DNA of 64,000 nt from an uncultured bacterium (GCA_949291375.1 CASEVI010000001.1:2967-66966); one strand, 5' to 3'; shown: positions 9,424 through 20,585, counted from the stretch's first letter. Program-made: numbers and translations. Notes: generated by a model from the letters alone, not told the origin.

Positions 9424-10235
9424 ATATATCTTGCTAATTCCTCAATAGTTTTAATATTTTCATCGATAATTATCCCTTTTTCATGTAATTTATTTTTAAT
9501 TTTTAAAACAAAAGGAATATCTAAATTAATCTTTTTCATTTCTTCTTCATTAGAAAAAACATTTGAAGGAATATCATTTTTAAATACTTTTCCTTCATTT
9601 AAAATAATTACTCGATCACTTAAATAAGCTTCTTCGATATCGTGAGTTATTGAAATTAATGTTAATTCAGGGTTTTCTTTTTTCATTTTTAAGATTAAAT
9701 TTCTAATTTCTTCAACTCCTTCTGGATCTAACATTGAAGTTGCTTCATCAAATATCATAATTTTTAAATTTAAAGCTAAAATTCCAGCTATAGCTACTCT
9801 TTGTTTTTGCCCACCACTTAATTCTTCAGGTTCTTTAGTTAAAAATTTATCCATTCCTACCTTTTTAGAGTATTCTTTAACAATTTCTCTCATTTTCTTT
9901 TGTTCAATGTTTCTATTTTCTAATCCAAATGCAATATCATCTTCAACAGTTGAACCTATAAATTGATTATCTGGATTTTGGAAAACTATACCGATTTTAT
10001 TTCTTATATCTTTAATACTTTTTTCGTTTAATTCTTCATTTTCGATATAAATTTTTCCTTTTTGAGGTTCTAAAATATAAGATAAAAGTTTAGCTAGTGT
10101 TGATTTACCACTGCCATTATGACCGATAAGAGTTACATATTCTCCCTTATTAATATAAAAAGATACATCATCGAGTATCTTTTTATCTTTTCCATATCCA
10201 AATGTTATATTTTTAACTTCAATAATTTTTTCCAT
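9414..10235 (-). CDS. ecfA1: ECF transporter ATPase EcfA1
   Basis: GHNGSGKST, VFQNPDNQFIG, LSGGQKQR, DEATSMLDP. Confidence 0.95.
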   Translation of the reverse strand: MEKIIEVKNITFGYGKDKKILDDVSFYINKGEYVTLIGHNGSGKSTLAKLLSYILEPQKGKIYIENEELNEKSIKDIRNKIGIVFQNPDNQFIGSTVEDDIAFGLENRNIEQKKMREIVKEYSKKVGMDKFLTKEPEELSGGQKQRVAIAGILALNLKIMIFDEATSMLDPEGVEEIRNLILKMKKENPELTLISITHDIEEAYLSDRVIILNEGKVFKNDIPSNVFSNEEEMKKINLDIPFVLKIKNKLHEKGIIIDENIKTIEELARYICR

Positions 10236-10547
10236 TTTTAAAAACCAATTAATTTTTTAATTAATTAGATTATTATTATTACTTTATTTAGTATCAATTT
10301 CAACTAAATTAATAATATTAATATTATTAATAAAAAGTTACTTCTATGGTCACTTCAATTTAAACTTCTATAAACCTAGAAATTTTTCAAATCTATTCAA
10401 AACTAATACCAGTTTTAAATTAATATACTTTAATGTATTATACTTACGAATATATTAACAAATTAGTAATTACTATATTTTTATCTAAATAAAAAGAGGA
10501 ATTCGTTATTTTTAATTTCCTCTTATTATTAGTTAATTTGTTAAGTA

Positions 10548-11033
10548 TTATTCAATTAATTCAATTTCTTTATATCTACCTTTATATGGTTCATATTTCA
10601 CATCAGCAAGATCAAATAATTTTCTGCTTGCTCTAGTTTCTAAAGAATCATGATATTTATCTTCTAAATAAATTATCTTTTTTATTCCTACTTGAATAAT
10701 TGCTTTAGCACATTCATTACATGGAAAAAGAGTTACATATAAAGTGCATCCTTTTAATGACATATTGTTTTTTGTATTTAAAATGGCATTAAATTCAGCA
10801 TGACATACATAAAGATATTTACTATCTAAATCTTCATTTTTATCCCAACTTAATTTATTTTCATCTAATCCTTTAGGCATTCCATTATATCCAATTGAGA
10901 TAACTTTATTATCATCATCAACAATACAAGCTCCTACTTGAGTAGATGGGTCTTTACTTCTTTTTTTACTTAATAATGCTATTCCCATGAAATATTCATC
11001 CCATGAAATAATATCTTTTCTTCCTGAATGCAT
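10548..11033 (-). CDS. dCMP deaminase (ComEB/DCTD family)
   Basis: SWDEYFM, RSKDPSTQVGAC, HAEFNAI, PCNEC zinc motifs. Confidence 0.92.
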   Translation of the reverse strand: MHSGRKDIISWDEYFMGIALLSKKRSKDPSTQVGACIVDDDNKVISIGYNGMPKGLDENKLSWDKNEDLDSKYLYVCHAEFNAILNTKNNMSLKGCTLYVTLFPCNECAKAIIQVGIKKIIYLEDKYHDSLETRASRKLFDLADVKYEPYKGRYKEIELIE

Positions 11034-11041
11034 ATAAACAC

Positions 11042-12454
11042 CTAATTTTCTTCTTTATTTAAAGTTAATCTATCAAAATCTTTATCTTTTATTCTTTCAT
11101 CTTTTAAAAGAATAAAAGATACTAAAGAAATAAGTAACGAAACACCTTCTAAAATAACTACAAGTAAAGGATATAAATTAATAGTATATACATCATCTAA
11201 ATTAGAATAGTAGGTAGAAAGAGTAAATAAAACTAAGATTAATACTGACAAAATAAATCCAAAAATAGTAAAAATAAGATTATTTAAGCGATATGTATTA
11301 TATTTTCTAATCATTCTAAATGAGTAAAGAGTAGAAAGAGAAATAAATATCGCACATAAAATATAAATAAAATATCCAACAAATCCTAAATAAAAACTTA
11401 ATCCGTTATTAGAATCGGAAAAAGAAATTAAAAGTTCATTTAAATAAGTATGAATTGTTTCGTTATATGTAGGAGTAACAATAAAGCGATAAGAAAGTAA
11501 TACTAATGCTCCGATCCCTAAAAATGAAGAAACAGTAAGTAAAATTCTTCTAATAATTAAAATAGTTTCTTTAACAACTGAAGCTTTAAAAATATAATAT
11601 CCTCCAATTAAAGCTAAATAAATCAGCGAAACAATAACAAATATTAAAATGGTAGGAGAATACATCAATACACTAACATCTAAAGAAATAGAAATCATCG
11701 ATGCTAAACAAATTAATAAATCGATTAAAACTAAAACAAAATAATTATTTTTAATATCATGTCTATTAAGTTTATTTAATCCTTGAATTAAAACGATTAA
11801 AAAGAAAGTAATCGAACAAATCATGAAAGCTAAAACAAATAAAAATTGTAAGATAGGAGCTAAACCATGAGCTACCCCATTAGCGAAATAACCATAAGAA
11901 AAACCTTCAACAACATTTTTCCAATTATCAATTAAAAATGTATAAGGATAAACCAATGAATTACCATTATTTGAAATAATTAAAGGTAAAAATGAGAAAA
12001 TTGAACCGAGCAAAAGAATTAAAGCAGAAAAAATAAATGAAGTAAAATGAAAAACACGTTCAACTTTTAACATTTTTTCAGCATTAATTTTACTTTTACT
12101 AGAAGCAAAATCTTCACTATATTCTTTTATTTTTGCTTTTTTAATATTTTTATATTCATCTTCATTAAGTCTTCTGATCTTAGAATTAAAAACTCTTTGT
12201 TTGATTTCTTTTTGTTCTTTTAAATATTCTTCTTCATCAATAACATCAATATCAATTGTATTTATCGATTGAGTTTCACAATTACTTACACTTGTAAAAC
12301 GATATCCACATTTTGGGCAAATCTTTGAATTTGCACTAGTAACAGCATTACAACGAGGACATCTCAAATTATGATCGTTTAAAGAAGCGCCACAATCAAT
12401 GCAAAATTTCGCGTTATCGCTATTTTCTTTTCCGCAATTTGGACATTTTTTCAT
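11042..12454 (-). CDS. Double zinc-ribbon (DZR) domain multi-pass membrane protein
   Basis: CPNC/CIDC/CPRC/CPKC at the N-terminus, then about 8 hydrophobic segments. Confidence 0.8.
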   Translation of the reverse strand: MKKCPNCGKENSDNAKFCIDCGASLNDHNLRCPRCNAVTSANSKICPKCGYRFTSVSNCETQSINTIDIDVIDEEEYLKEQKEIKQRVFNSKIRRLNEDEYKNIKKAKIKEYSEDFASSKSKINAEKMLKVERVFHFTSFIFSALILLLGSIFSFLPLIISNNGNSLVYPYTFLIDNWKNVVEGFSYGYFANGVAHGLAPILQFLFVLAFMICSITFFLIVLIQGLNKLNRHDIKNNYFVLVLIDLLICLASMISISLDVSVLMYSPTILIFVIVSLIYLALIGGYYIFKASVVKETILIIRRILLTVSSFLGIGALVLLSYRFIVTPTYNETIHTYLNELLISFSDSNNGLSFYLGFVGYFIYILCAIFISLSTLYSFRMIRKYNTYRLNNLIFTIFGFILSVLILVLFTLSTYYSNLDDVYTINLYPLLVVILEGVSLLISLVSFILLKDERIKDKDFDRLTLNKEEN

Positions 12455-12479
12455 AATATTTTCATACCCCTTTCTTTTT

Positions 12480-15125
12480 TTATCTTAATAAAACATTAAC
12501 AAATTCAGATGTTGAAGAAACCATAATTTCATTAGAATATTTTCCTTTGATTCTTACTTCCATAATTATAAATTGCTGTCTTTCTGAAGAGTTTTCATGA
12601 CGTGTAACTATCAAATTATTATTAACAACTTTAGCATCGATTTGAGAAGATGAATCAATTACAACAAATTCAACATTATATTCATCACTTGAAATTACAT
12701 TTCCATTCTTATCTTGAAATAAATAATATAATGGGACATTAATTTCATTTCCTTCTAAAACAATTTCTCCAATTTGATTATCATCAAGTTCTACTTTATA
12801 TAAGTTAGGATCAAAATATCTTTCATAATGTAAACTCAAATTAATAGAAGAATGTCCTTGAACATTATATCGATAATTTGTATCACCAACATCACAAATA
12901 ATTGGCTCATCATTTTCATCAATATTATTTAAAATAACAGCTCGATAATTTTCTCTAGCAGTCATTGAAATATTTAATAAATCTTCACAGTTATAATAAA
13001 TTCCGCTAACACTTGTTCCGTTATCATAAGTAATCGTATATGGTCTTTCTTTAAAGCCTATTCGATGAGCTTCTTTATGAGATTCTTCATCATTGCTTCC
13101 AAAATCATAAGTATTATAGAATTCAACTAAGTTATCGGTATTAGCAAAAGCATTATCCCCAATTGTTTTAACGTTTCTAGGAAGTGCAAATGAAGTTAAT
13201 GATGAACATCCATCAAAAGCATTATTTCCAATTGTTTCAAGTTCACTTGGAGTATCTGAAAAAATAAAACTTTCTAAAGAAACACAACCTTTAAAACAAT
13301 TTTCAGGAATTTCCTTAATAAAATGAGGGAAATTGTTAACTTGAACAATACTTCTATTGTTTTGGAAGGCGGTAGGACAAATCTCTGTAACCGGAATTCC
13401 ATTTAATATATAAGCAAGAGTAATTCTATTTGAATAAGTAGGTGTTGGATCATAATCAACAATTGTATAGAATTCTCTATTTTCATCAGTTTCATATGTT
13501 ACACCATATTGATCGGTTATAACTAATGCCGAAAGGAAAATTGGTTTAGCTTCAATTGAATAATAACCCGAACAAGAGAAAGTAACTCCATCATTATCTT
13601 CATCAACATTTTTAAAATCTGTTGGATCTCCATTAATTTGATAGCCGGTAAAATCATAATCATCTTCGGTTGAAACTGGTAAAGTAATGTTATCCCAACA
13701 ATAATAAGTTAATTGATAATCGCTATCTTCAATAGTTAAAACTCTTGGGGTTAAACCAAGGTCTTCTTCATCAAATTCAACATTGGTTTCCTTTGTTAAA
13801 TTAATTAAGTTTGGTGTATTTAAAAATGCACCGCTTCCAATAGATGTTACAAATTGAGGAATAGTTAAAGTTTCTAAAGATGTGCAATCCTTAAATGCAT
13901 TTTCACCAATTTTTGATAAAACACTATTATCCGAGAAAGTAAATGTAGTTAAAAAATCACAACTTTCAAAAGTAGAAGCAGGAATTTCACTAATAAATTT
14001 AGGGAAATTTACGACTTGTTGAATTGATGAATCATAAAATACGTCACTTTCAATCATATTAACTGGCATTCCATCTATTTCATCTTCAAAAGTAATAATA
14101 GTGCTATCGGAATCATAGCCAATAATTGTTAAACCATTTCGATCATTTTTGGCGTAAGTAACACCATTTAAAGTAATTGGCGCATCATTAACACTAGCTC
14201 CAACTCCAACTCCAACAAAAATACAAATTAAAGATACGGCTAAAGAAGAAAGTGCAATAGTTAAGCCTTTTTTAGACATTTTTAACTCTTTTTTAATCTT
14301 TGGTCTAATTTCTTCAAGCAAATCATCAGCTTCATGATTTACATAAGTTGATTCTAAGAAATCTTTTATTTCTAATAACTTATCTTGATCAGTTGTATTA
14401 TCGATAATTTTCTTAAAAATAACTAAAAGATAAACTAAAACAGTTTTATGATCTTTAACACATTGAGCAATAATGTCTTTAATATCAGAAATATCATCAA
14501 AATGATAAAGAATATCCATATAATATTGGAAAGAAGATTCCATCTTACTTAAAATTGGAACAAAATTATCTTTTGATAAATTTTCATCGATATAATCAGT
14601 ATCAATATATCTAAAAGAACGATATAAAATACCTAAAATTAAGGAAATAGTATATGTATAATCTATTCCTTTATTTTTTTGAATTCTTAAATGTTTTAAA
14701 AGTTGTTCAACATCAGCATTGTCTAAATTTAATTCAAGTTCCTTATATTCAACTTCTTCAATTATTTGGTTTAAATCATCTTTTAATTTTTTATCACCAA
14801 GTTCATATGCAGCTTTAAAAAATGAAGATGAAATGATACTATTGCTAGCTTTTTTCTCTAAATCAGCATAGTTTTTAATATTAAATTTAATGTAAAGTTT
14901 TGCTAAATAAACATATGCATTATTTTCATCGAGTTCATAAGCTATTTCGATTTCTTTTTTAGCCTCTTCTTTTTTCCCACTAGAAAGTAAACTAAAAGCT
15001 TTATCACAGTGTGATTTTGCCATTAAAATGTTTTTAGCATTCATGGCATTATATATCGATTCATCGTTAATTGTAGTTTCATTAACATCATTAACTATGT
15101 TCTCTTTTTCTTCTTTTTTCTTCAT
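12480..15125 (-). CDS. Single-pass membrane protein: TPR-like helical N-terminus, TM helix, extracellular BspA-type leucine-rich repeats
   Basis: AKKEIEIAYELDENNAYVYLAKL (TPR-like); TM LTIALSSLAVSLICIFVGVGV; IGENAFKDCTSLETLTIP and IGNNAFDGCSSLTSFALP repeats in two blocks. Confidence 0.8.
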   Translation of the reverse strand: MKKKEEKENIVNDVNETTINDESIYNAMNAKNILMAKSHCDKAFSLLSSGKKEEAKKEIEIAYELDENNAYVYLAKLYIKFNIKNYADLEKKASNSIISSSFFKAAYELGDKKLKDDLNQIIEEVEYKELELNLDNADVEQLLKHLRIQKNKGIDYTYTISLILGILYRSFRYIDTDYIDENLSKDNFVPILSKMESSFQYYMDILYHFDDISDIKDIIAQCVKDHKTVLVYLLVIFKKIIDNTTDQDKLLEIKDFLESTYVNHEADDLLEEIRPKIKKELKMSKKGLTIALSSLAVSLICIFVGVGVGASVNDAPITLNGVTYAKNDRNGLTIIGYDSDSTIITFEDEIDGMPVNMIESDVFYDSSIQQVVNFPKFISEIPASTFESCDFLTTFTFSDNSVLSKIGENAFKDCTSLETLTIPQFVTSIGSGAFLNTPNLINLTKETNVEFDEEDLGLTPRVLTIEDSDYQLTYYCWDNITLPVSTEDDYDFTGYQINGDPTDFKNVDEDNDGVTFSCSGYYSIEAKPIFLSALVITDQYGVTYETDENREFYTIVDYDPTPTYSNRITLAYILNGIPVTEICPTAFQNNRSIVQVNNFPHFIKEIPENCFKGCVSLESFIFSDTPSELETIGNNAFDGCSSLTSFALPRNVKTIGDNAFANTDNLVEFYNTYDFGSNDEESHKEAHRIGFKERPYTITYDNGTSVSGIYYNCEDLLNISMTARENYRAVILNNIDENDEPIICDVGDTNYRYNVQGHSSINLSLHYERYFDPNLYKVELDDNQIGEIVLEGNEINVPLYYLFQDKNGNVISSDEYNVEFVVIDSSSQIDAKVVNNNLIVTRHENSSERQQFIIMEVRIKGKYSNEIMVSSTSEFVNVLLR

Positions 15126-15126
15126 T

Positions 15127-16323
15127 TTATTTAAATAATTCTTTTAAAATTTCTACCATTGTATTCATTTGATTAATTGAAACAACTTCAAATCTTCCAT
15201 GAGGTGAAAAATCTCCAACTCCTAAATTTGGGCAAGGTAATCCTAAATAAGTAATAGTTGCTCCATCAGTTCCACCTCTAATTGGATCATAATTAATTCT
15301 AATCTTAGAAGAAATATAAGCTTTATTAATTAAATTAATAGCACTCATATCCTCTTTAAAATAATCAAACATATTACGATATTCATTGTGTATTTTTAAT
15401 TCTAATTTAGCTCTTGGATATTCGTTTTGAATAGTTTCTAGAGCCTTTTTTAAAATATTTTTCTTTTCTTCTAATAAATCTTTATCATGGTCTCTTAAAA
15501 TAAATGATAGGTGAGCTTCTTCAACATCTCCTTTTATATCAGTAAGATGAATAAATCCTTCTCTCCCTTCTGTTTTCTCAGGAACCATTTCGCTAGGCAA
15601 AAGATTAACAAATTTTGTAGCTAATAATGCAGCATTTACCATGATATTTTTAGCGCTTCCTGGATGTACTCCTACTCCATAAATTGAAACATTTGCGCTT
15701 GCTGCATTAAAATTTTCATAACTTGCTTCATAAATTGATCCACCATCAAGAGTATAAGCAACGTCAGCATTCATTTTTTTAACATCAAAATGAAGTGCTC
15801 CTTGGCCGATTTCTTCATCAGGAGTAAAAGAAATTGCTAAATTATAATTAAATTCATCTTTATGTTTTAAATAATAAGATAAAAAAGTAAGAATAATTGC
15901 AATTCCAGCTTTATCATCTCCGCCTAAAAGGTGTTCGCCATCAGTTACAATAATATCATCGCCGGTAATTTCTTTTAAAAATGGGAATTCTTGTGAATCC
16001 ATCGTATATTTTTCATTTAATTTAAGAGGTGAACCGTCATATTTTTCGATAATTCTTGGATTTTTTATCCCTCCTTTTAAAGCAGGTGAAGTATCCATAT
16101 GAGCAATTAATCCAATAGTTTTTTCTTTATTGTTATCAACACGAGCATAAACAAGTCCGAATTCATCTCTATATGCATCATTAACTCCTTCTTCTTTTAA
16201 AATATCAACAAGTTTAGAAGCAAATTCTAATTCACTCGCGCTTGAAGGATATGTGGTTGAAGATTCATCACTCATTGTGTCAAAACTAATTAAATCTTTA
16301 AATAAATCAACAATATTTTTCAT
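15127..16323 (-). CDS. pepT: Peptidase T (tripeptide aminopeptidase, M20B)
   Basis: AHMDTSP, LLGGDDKAG, FTPDEEIG, IRGGTDGA motifs. Confidence 0.93.
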   Translation of the reverse strand: MKNIVDLFKDLISFDTMSDESSTTYPSSASELEFASKLVDILKEEGVNDAYRDEFGLVYARVDNNKEKTIGLIAHMDTSPALKGGIKNPRIIEKYDGSPLKLNEKYTMDSQEFPFLKEITGDDIIVTDGEHLLGGDDKAGIAIILTFLSYYLKHKDEFNYNLAISFTPDEEIGQGALHFDVKKMNADVAYTLDGGSIYEASYENFNAASANVSIYGVGVHPGSAKNIMVNAALLATKFVNLLPSEMVPEKTEGREGFIHLTDIKGDVEEAHLSFILRDHDKDLLEEKKNILKKALETIQNEYPRAKLELKIHNEYRNMFDYFKEDMSAINLINKAYISSKIRINYDPIRGGTDGATITYLGLPCPNLGVGDFSPHGRFEVVSINQMNTMVEILKELFK

Positions 16324-16347
16324 AATTTTTATTTCCTTTGTTAATAC

Positions 16348-16992
16348 TCATTCAGCAAAAAATTCAAGATCAATTCTTGAAACGTTAAAATCATACGTTT
16401 TGTTTTCTCCGCTATTAGTTAAAGTTTCAAAACTTCCTTCACTAATAACATTAATATATCCATCAGTTAATTTATCTTTATTAAAATTTCCTAACTCAAA
16501 TTCTTCAAACTCTAATGTAGTTGAAAAAGGAATTAATCCTAATGATGAAGTTTTTACTTCTTTTTCATTTGTATTAAGAGAAAGATAAATCCCTGGATAA
16601 GCGGAAATTTTTTCTAGTCCAGCGTTAATGTTATTAACAAATTGTTCGTTATACTCAAAATTGAAAGTTATATTTAGGGAAACTTTTCTACCTTCTTCAT
16701 TAAAATTCGAATCATAAATAGAAGAAATATTTATTTTAGAAACTATATTTTCTTCTTCATTTGATAATAAAAAATAATCTTTTTCCTCATAATTTAAAGT
16801 TGAGTATACAGTTTTTAAATATTCTTCTTCATTTGAAGCTAAAGAATATTGATTAGTAACATTTTCTCCATTTTTATACATTAAATATTTAGGTGTAGTT
16901 AAAGAAGGGATTAAAACAAGTAATAATCCAACAAGAATAAAAGTAATCCCTGCGCCAATACAACTATATTTAACAATCTTTGATTTTTCCAT
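16348..16992 (-). CDS. Hypothetical membrane-anchored/secreted protein
   Basis: 214-aa ORF, N-terminal hydrophobic helix, co-oriented with pepT. Confidence 0.65.
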   Translation of the reverse strand: MEKSKIVKYSCIGAGITFILVGLLLVLIPSLTTPKYLMYKNGENVTNQYSLASNEEEYLKTVYSTLNYEEKDYFLLSNEEENIVSKINISSIYDSNFNEEGRKVSLNITFNFEYNEQFVNNINAGLEKISAYPGIYLSLNTNEKEVKTSSLGLIPFSTTLEFEEFELGNFNKDKLTDGYINVISEGSFETLTNSGENKTYDFNVSRIDLEFFAE

Positions 16993-17146
16993 TTTTAAAA
17001 AGTAATTATTTATAATTACTTTAACTATTATATAATAGTTTCGTTTTCATAAAAAGAAATTATCATTTTTAAGATATCTTCTTGATATTTTAATAAAATA
17101 AATAAAATATAGAACTATTTAATTAAATTAATACTATAATAAACAT

Positions 17147-17959
17147 ATGTTTAAGCCAACTTATTTAATAGATGCGCACACTCATCTTGGATGGTGGGGG
17201 TCTTTAAAAGAATGTGAAAATAATCTTCTTTATTCATTTAATAATTATGATTTATCGTTTATTTTAATTTCTTATGATAATGGTGAATATGATTATAAAG
17301 TTAATGAGCATATTTCTTTTGAAAAATCTTTAACATATTTAAAAAATTTTGTTTCCAGATTTAAAGGAATGGGGATGTTAATTTGGATTCCTTTTGGTAA
17401 AACTAAAATTAATGTCTCTCAACTCGAAAAATTTATCGCTCAAAATAGTTCAATAATTTATGGACTTAAATTTCATCCATTTTTATCAAAAAAGAAAGTT
17501 ACTTCTAAAAAAATGAATCCATATTTATCATTAGCAAGAAAATATAATCTTCCTATTTTAATTCATACTGCTTTAGATGAATATTCTTATATTGATAGTA
17601 TAAAAGAACTAGCATTAAATAATAAAGATTTAACTTTTATAGCCGCTCACTTAGAGTTAGGGAGTGATCATTTGCACGCTTTAGAAGTTTTAAAAGAAGC
17701 GCCAAATTTATATGGAGATACGGCTTGGGTTGAACCATCTCTACTAAAAAATATAATTAAAGGAGGATTAATTGATAAAATTTGTTTTGGAAGTGATACT
17801 CCAATTGATGGAAAAGATACTTTAAATGAAGATATTTATCAAAAATATATAAAAAATTATTACAAATTAAAAAAGAGCGATTATGATAAAATCATGTATT
17901 TAAACGCTCTTAAGATTTATAAAATTAAAAAAGAAGACTTATTAAATCGCAATTTATAG
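17147..17959 (+). CDS. Amidohydrolase-superfamily (TatD/Amidohydro_2-like) metallohydrolase
   Basis: IDAHTH, GLKFHP, ILIHT, AAHL, YGDTAW, FGSDTP motifs. Confidence 0.85.
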   Translation: MFKPTYLIDAHTHLGWWGSLKECENNLLYSFNNYDLSFILISYDNGEYDYKVNEHISFEKSLTYLKNFVSRFKGMGMLIWIPFGKTKINVSQLEKFIAQNSSIIYGLKFHPFLSKKKVTSKKMNPYLSLARKYNLPILIHTALDEYSYIDSIKELALNNKDLTFIAAHLELGSDHLHALEVLKEAPNLYGDTAWVEPSLLKNIIKGGLIDKICFGSDTPIDGKDTLNEDIYQKYIKNYYKLKKSDYDKIMYLNALKIYKIKKEDLLNRNL

Positions 17960-18158
17960 GACAAGTTCCACTCCTGCAATCATTTCCTCCACTAGATGAA
18001 GGATTTAATCCGTTTATAATTGCGATTCCGATAATTAAACCAATTACTATTATAAAAAGAATGATTATAAAAATAATTAATCCCTTTTTATGTTTTTTAT
18101 TTTTTAAATCATCTTCTTTATTTTCTTCAACTAGATGAGATTTTTCATTTTCTAACAT
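17925..18158 (-). CDS. Small single-TM protein with Cys-rich C-terminal tail
   Basis: ATG overlaps upstream TAA (translational coupling); basic stretch, TM helix, GGNDCRSGTCPINCDLISLLF. Confidence 0.6.
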   Translation of the reverse strand: MLENEKSHLVEENKEDDLKNKKHKKGLIIFIIILFIIVIGLIIGIAIINGLNPSSSGGNDCRSGTCPINCDLISLLF

Positions 18159-18988
18159 TATTTATTTTCTCCTTCTTTTACTACTTCTTTCTCTTCAAAT
18201 ATCAAATTTTTTGGTAAAAGAGCTCCTTTGACTCCGCTTTTAAGTGAAACATTGAGTGCTACGACAACAATAATATAGTGTACAAAAGCAGTTAAAAATC
18301 CAGTTAATCCCCTAACTCCAAAAATAACTTCGAATGAATAATTTAGTCTATAAACAAAAATAAGTGATGAAACTGGTATTTTAAAGAAAAAGTATGTAAT
18401 AAACATCGATGCAGCAATTAAATATAGATTGTAATATTTATTAATTTTTCTATCTTTATATTTTCTTTTAAATAGGATAATTCCAACATAAAAAATAATT
18501 GATAGAACAAAAAAAACTAATGGAATTACAATTTTTAATGTTGGAGTAAATTCATAAACTTTAGATGTTGTTGTATATGAGAAAGTATCATGAGTTAATA
18601 CAAATACTAAAACAAAAACATCGAGTAAAAGCATTATAATTCCTAAAATTATTGGGTATTTTCGATCAACCTTAACCTTTTCTAAGACTTTATATACAAA
18701 ATAAGGAATAAAACCTTGAATTATTGCTGGTATAGAAAATAAAAAATCATATGGTCCTCCTTGAGGAAAAAGCAAGGCTCCAAAAAAATCAACAGCAAAT
18801 GAAACAATTGTTCCATATAAAGGTCCTAAATAGAATGTAGCGAAAAATATAACACTCATCGCAAAAGAAATCTTTAAAAATGGAAGACCAAAAAGATAAG
18901 GTAATGAAAAAAATCTAGATAAAATAATACCTAAAGCAATAAATAACGCACTAAATGCTATTTTATATAAAACGGTCATTTTTCTCAT
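18158..18988 (-). CDS. ECF transporter S component, folate (FolT)-like
   Basis: IAFSALFIALGIILSRF, LKISF, LGPLYG, DFFGALLFPQGGPY. Confidence 0.75.
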   Translation of the reverse strand: MRKMTVLYKIAFSALFIALGIILSRFFSLPYLFGLPFLKISFAMSVIFFATFYLGPLYGTIVSFAVDFFGALLFPQGGPYDFLFSIPAIIQGFIPYFVYKVLEKVKVDRKYPIILGIIMLLLDVFVLVFVLTHDTFSYTTTSKVYEFTPTLKIVIPLVFFVLSIIFYVGIILFKRKYKDRKINKYYNLYLIAASMFITYFFFKIPVSSLIFVYRLNYSFEVIFGVRGLTGFLTAFVHYIIVVVALNVSLKSGVKGALLPKNLIFEEKEVVKEGENK

Positions 18989-18994
18989 AGTTAT

Positions 18995-19453
18995 CTATCT
19001 TTTTAAAGCTTTGGCGATGTTTCTATCAACATCTCTTTTCTTAATTGTTTCTCTTTTATCGTATAGTTTTTTACCTTTAGCAAGGGCAATTTCGATTTTA
19101 CATTTTCCCTTTTTTAAATAGACTTTAGTTGGAACAATTGTGTAGCCATCTCTTTCAATACGATTTCTAAGTTTTAGGATTTCTTTTTTATGTAAAAGCA
19201 ATCTTCTACTTCTTAAAGGGTCATGATTAAAAACACTACTTTTTTCATAAATAGCGATATTCATGTTTATAACAAAGGCTTCATTATTTCTTATAATTAC
19301 ATAAGCATCGTCAATATTAACTTTATTATTTCTAATTGATTTTATTTCGCTTCCTTTAAGTTCAATTCCGCATTCTAAAAAATCACTTAAAAAATAATTA
19401 AAGCGGGCCTTACGGTTATTACTTATTATTTTAATTCCTTCTTTATTTTCCAC
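18995..19453 (-). CDS. smpB: SsrA-binding protein
   Basis: NRKARFNY, GIELKGSEIKSIR, HDPLRSRRLLLHKKEI, KGKKLYDKRE; likely GTG start at 19453 with GAGGA upstream (track starts at 19483). Confidence 0.95.
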   Translation of the reverse strand: MENKEGIKIISNNRKARFNYFLSDFLECGIELKGSEIKSIRNNKVNIDDAYVIIRNNEAFVINMNIAIYEKSSVFNHDPLRSRRLLLHKKEILKLRNRIERDGYTIVPTKVYLKKGKCKIEIALAKGKKLYDKRETIKKRDVDRNIAKALKR

Positions 19454-19460
19454 GTGAAAT

Positions 19461-20408
19461 CTATTTTCCTCGATAAAAATCAATAGTTAGGTCTAAAGCA
19501 TATTCAAAATCATAGTCATGGCGGTAACCTAACTCATTTTCAATTTTACTTGTATCAACTGCATATTTACGGTCGTGAATCTTACGATCTTCAACAAATC
19601 TAATTAAAGATTCTTTTTTTCTCATTTTTTGTAAGATAAATTTAATTAATTCTAAATTTTGATGAGGTTCATGAGATGAAACATTATATGCTTCACCACT
19701 TTTTCCATTTTTAATAATCAAATCGATAGCTTTGCAATGATCTAAAACATAAATCCAATCTCTAACATTTTTGCCATCACCGAAAACAGGTATTTCCATA
19801 TTATTTAAAGCTCGATTAATAACAAGAGGGATAAGTTTATCACTTGCTTGATATTTTCCAAAGTTATTTGTTGATCTAGAAATTGTTACGTTTAATCCAT
19901 GAACTTTGTGATACATCATTAAAAATTCTTCAGCTTGAGCTTTGCTTAAAGCATATGGATTTTTTGGATTAAATGGATCAGTTTCTTTAAAATGATAATC
20001 ACTATTTATATTTAAATCACCATAAACTTCATCAGTAGATACTTGATGAAATCTTTTAACATTATATTTTAAAGATAAAGTTGCTAAATTAATTACGCCT
20101 AAAACATTGGTTTCAAAAAAAGTTGCCTCATCCATAAAAGATTTATCAACGCTTGTTTCAGCAGCAAAATTAATTACATAATCAAATTTTTCTTTTCTAA
20201 AAACCTTTTCTAAAAATGAATAATCTGAAATATCGCCCTTATAAAATGAAAACGCTGAAAAATTCTTGAATTGATCGAGCATTTTTTTATTTGCAGCATA
20301 AGTTAATTTATCAACAATAACTAACTCATCATTTTTATATTTTCCTAAAAAGAATTTAGTAAAGTTTACACCTATAAATCCTAATCCACCTGTGATTAAT
20401 ACTTTCAT
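19461..20408 (-). CDS. rfbB: dTDP-glucose 4,6-dehydratase
   Basis: TGGLGFIG, DKLTYA, NFAAETSVD, VSTDEVYG, YALSK, VRDWIYVLDH. Confidence 0.9.
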   Translation of the reverse strand: MKVLITGGLGFIGVNFTKFFLGKYKNDELVIVDKLTYAANKKMLDQFKNFSAFSFYKGDISDYSFLEKVFRKEKFDYVINFAAETSVDKSFMDEATFFETNVLGVINLATLSLKYNVKRFHQVSTDEVYGDLNINSDYHFKETDPFNPKNPYALSKAQAEEFLMMYHKVHGLNVTISRSTNNFGKYQASDKLIPLVINRALNNMEIPVFGDGKNVRDWIYVLDHCKAIDLIIKNGKSGEAYNVSSHEPHQNLELIKFILQKMRKKESLIRFVEDRKIHDRKYAVDTSKIENELGYRHDYDFEYALDLTIDFYRGK

Positions 20409-20585
20409 TTAATTAAACCTCATATTTCAATTTCTTGCTTACTAATTATAAACCACTTCTTTCTTTAAAGATACCTTAATGAAAATGAAGTTTATTTAAA
20501 AAGAGACAAGAAGTGTAATAATTAGATAATCTTATATATTTTTTAACCAAAAAAATAAATTCGTTGATTAATTTTTTTGATTTTT

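Noticed and set aside
10236-10547. Nested palindromes after the dCMP deaminase gene as a separate ncRNA
   Set aside because: Mostly A/T stems around an AAGAGGAA/TTCCTCTT hairpin; adequately explained as a terminator in AT-rich DNA
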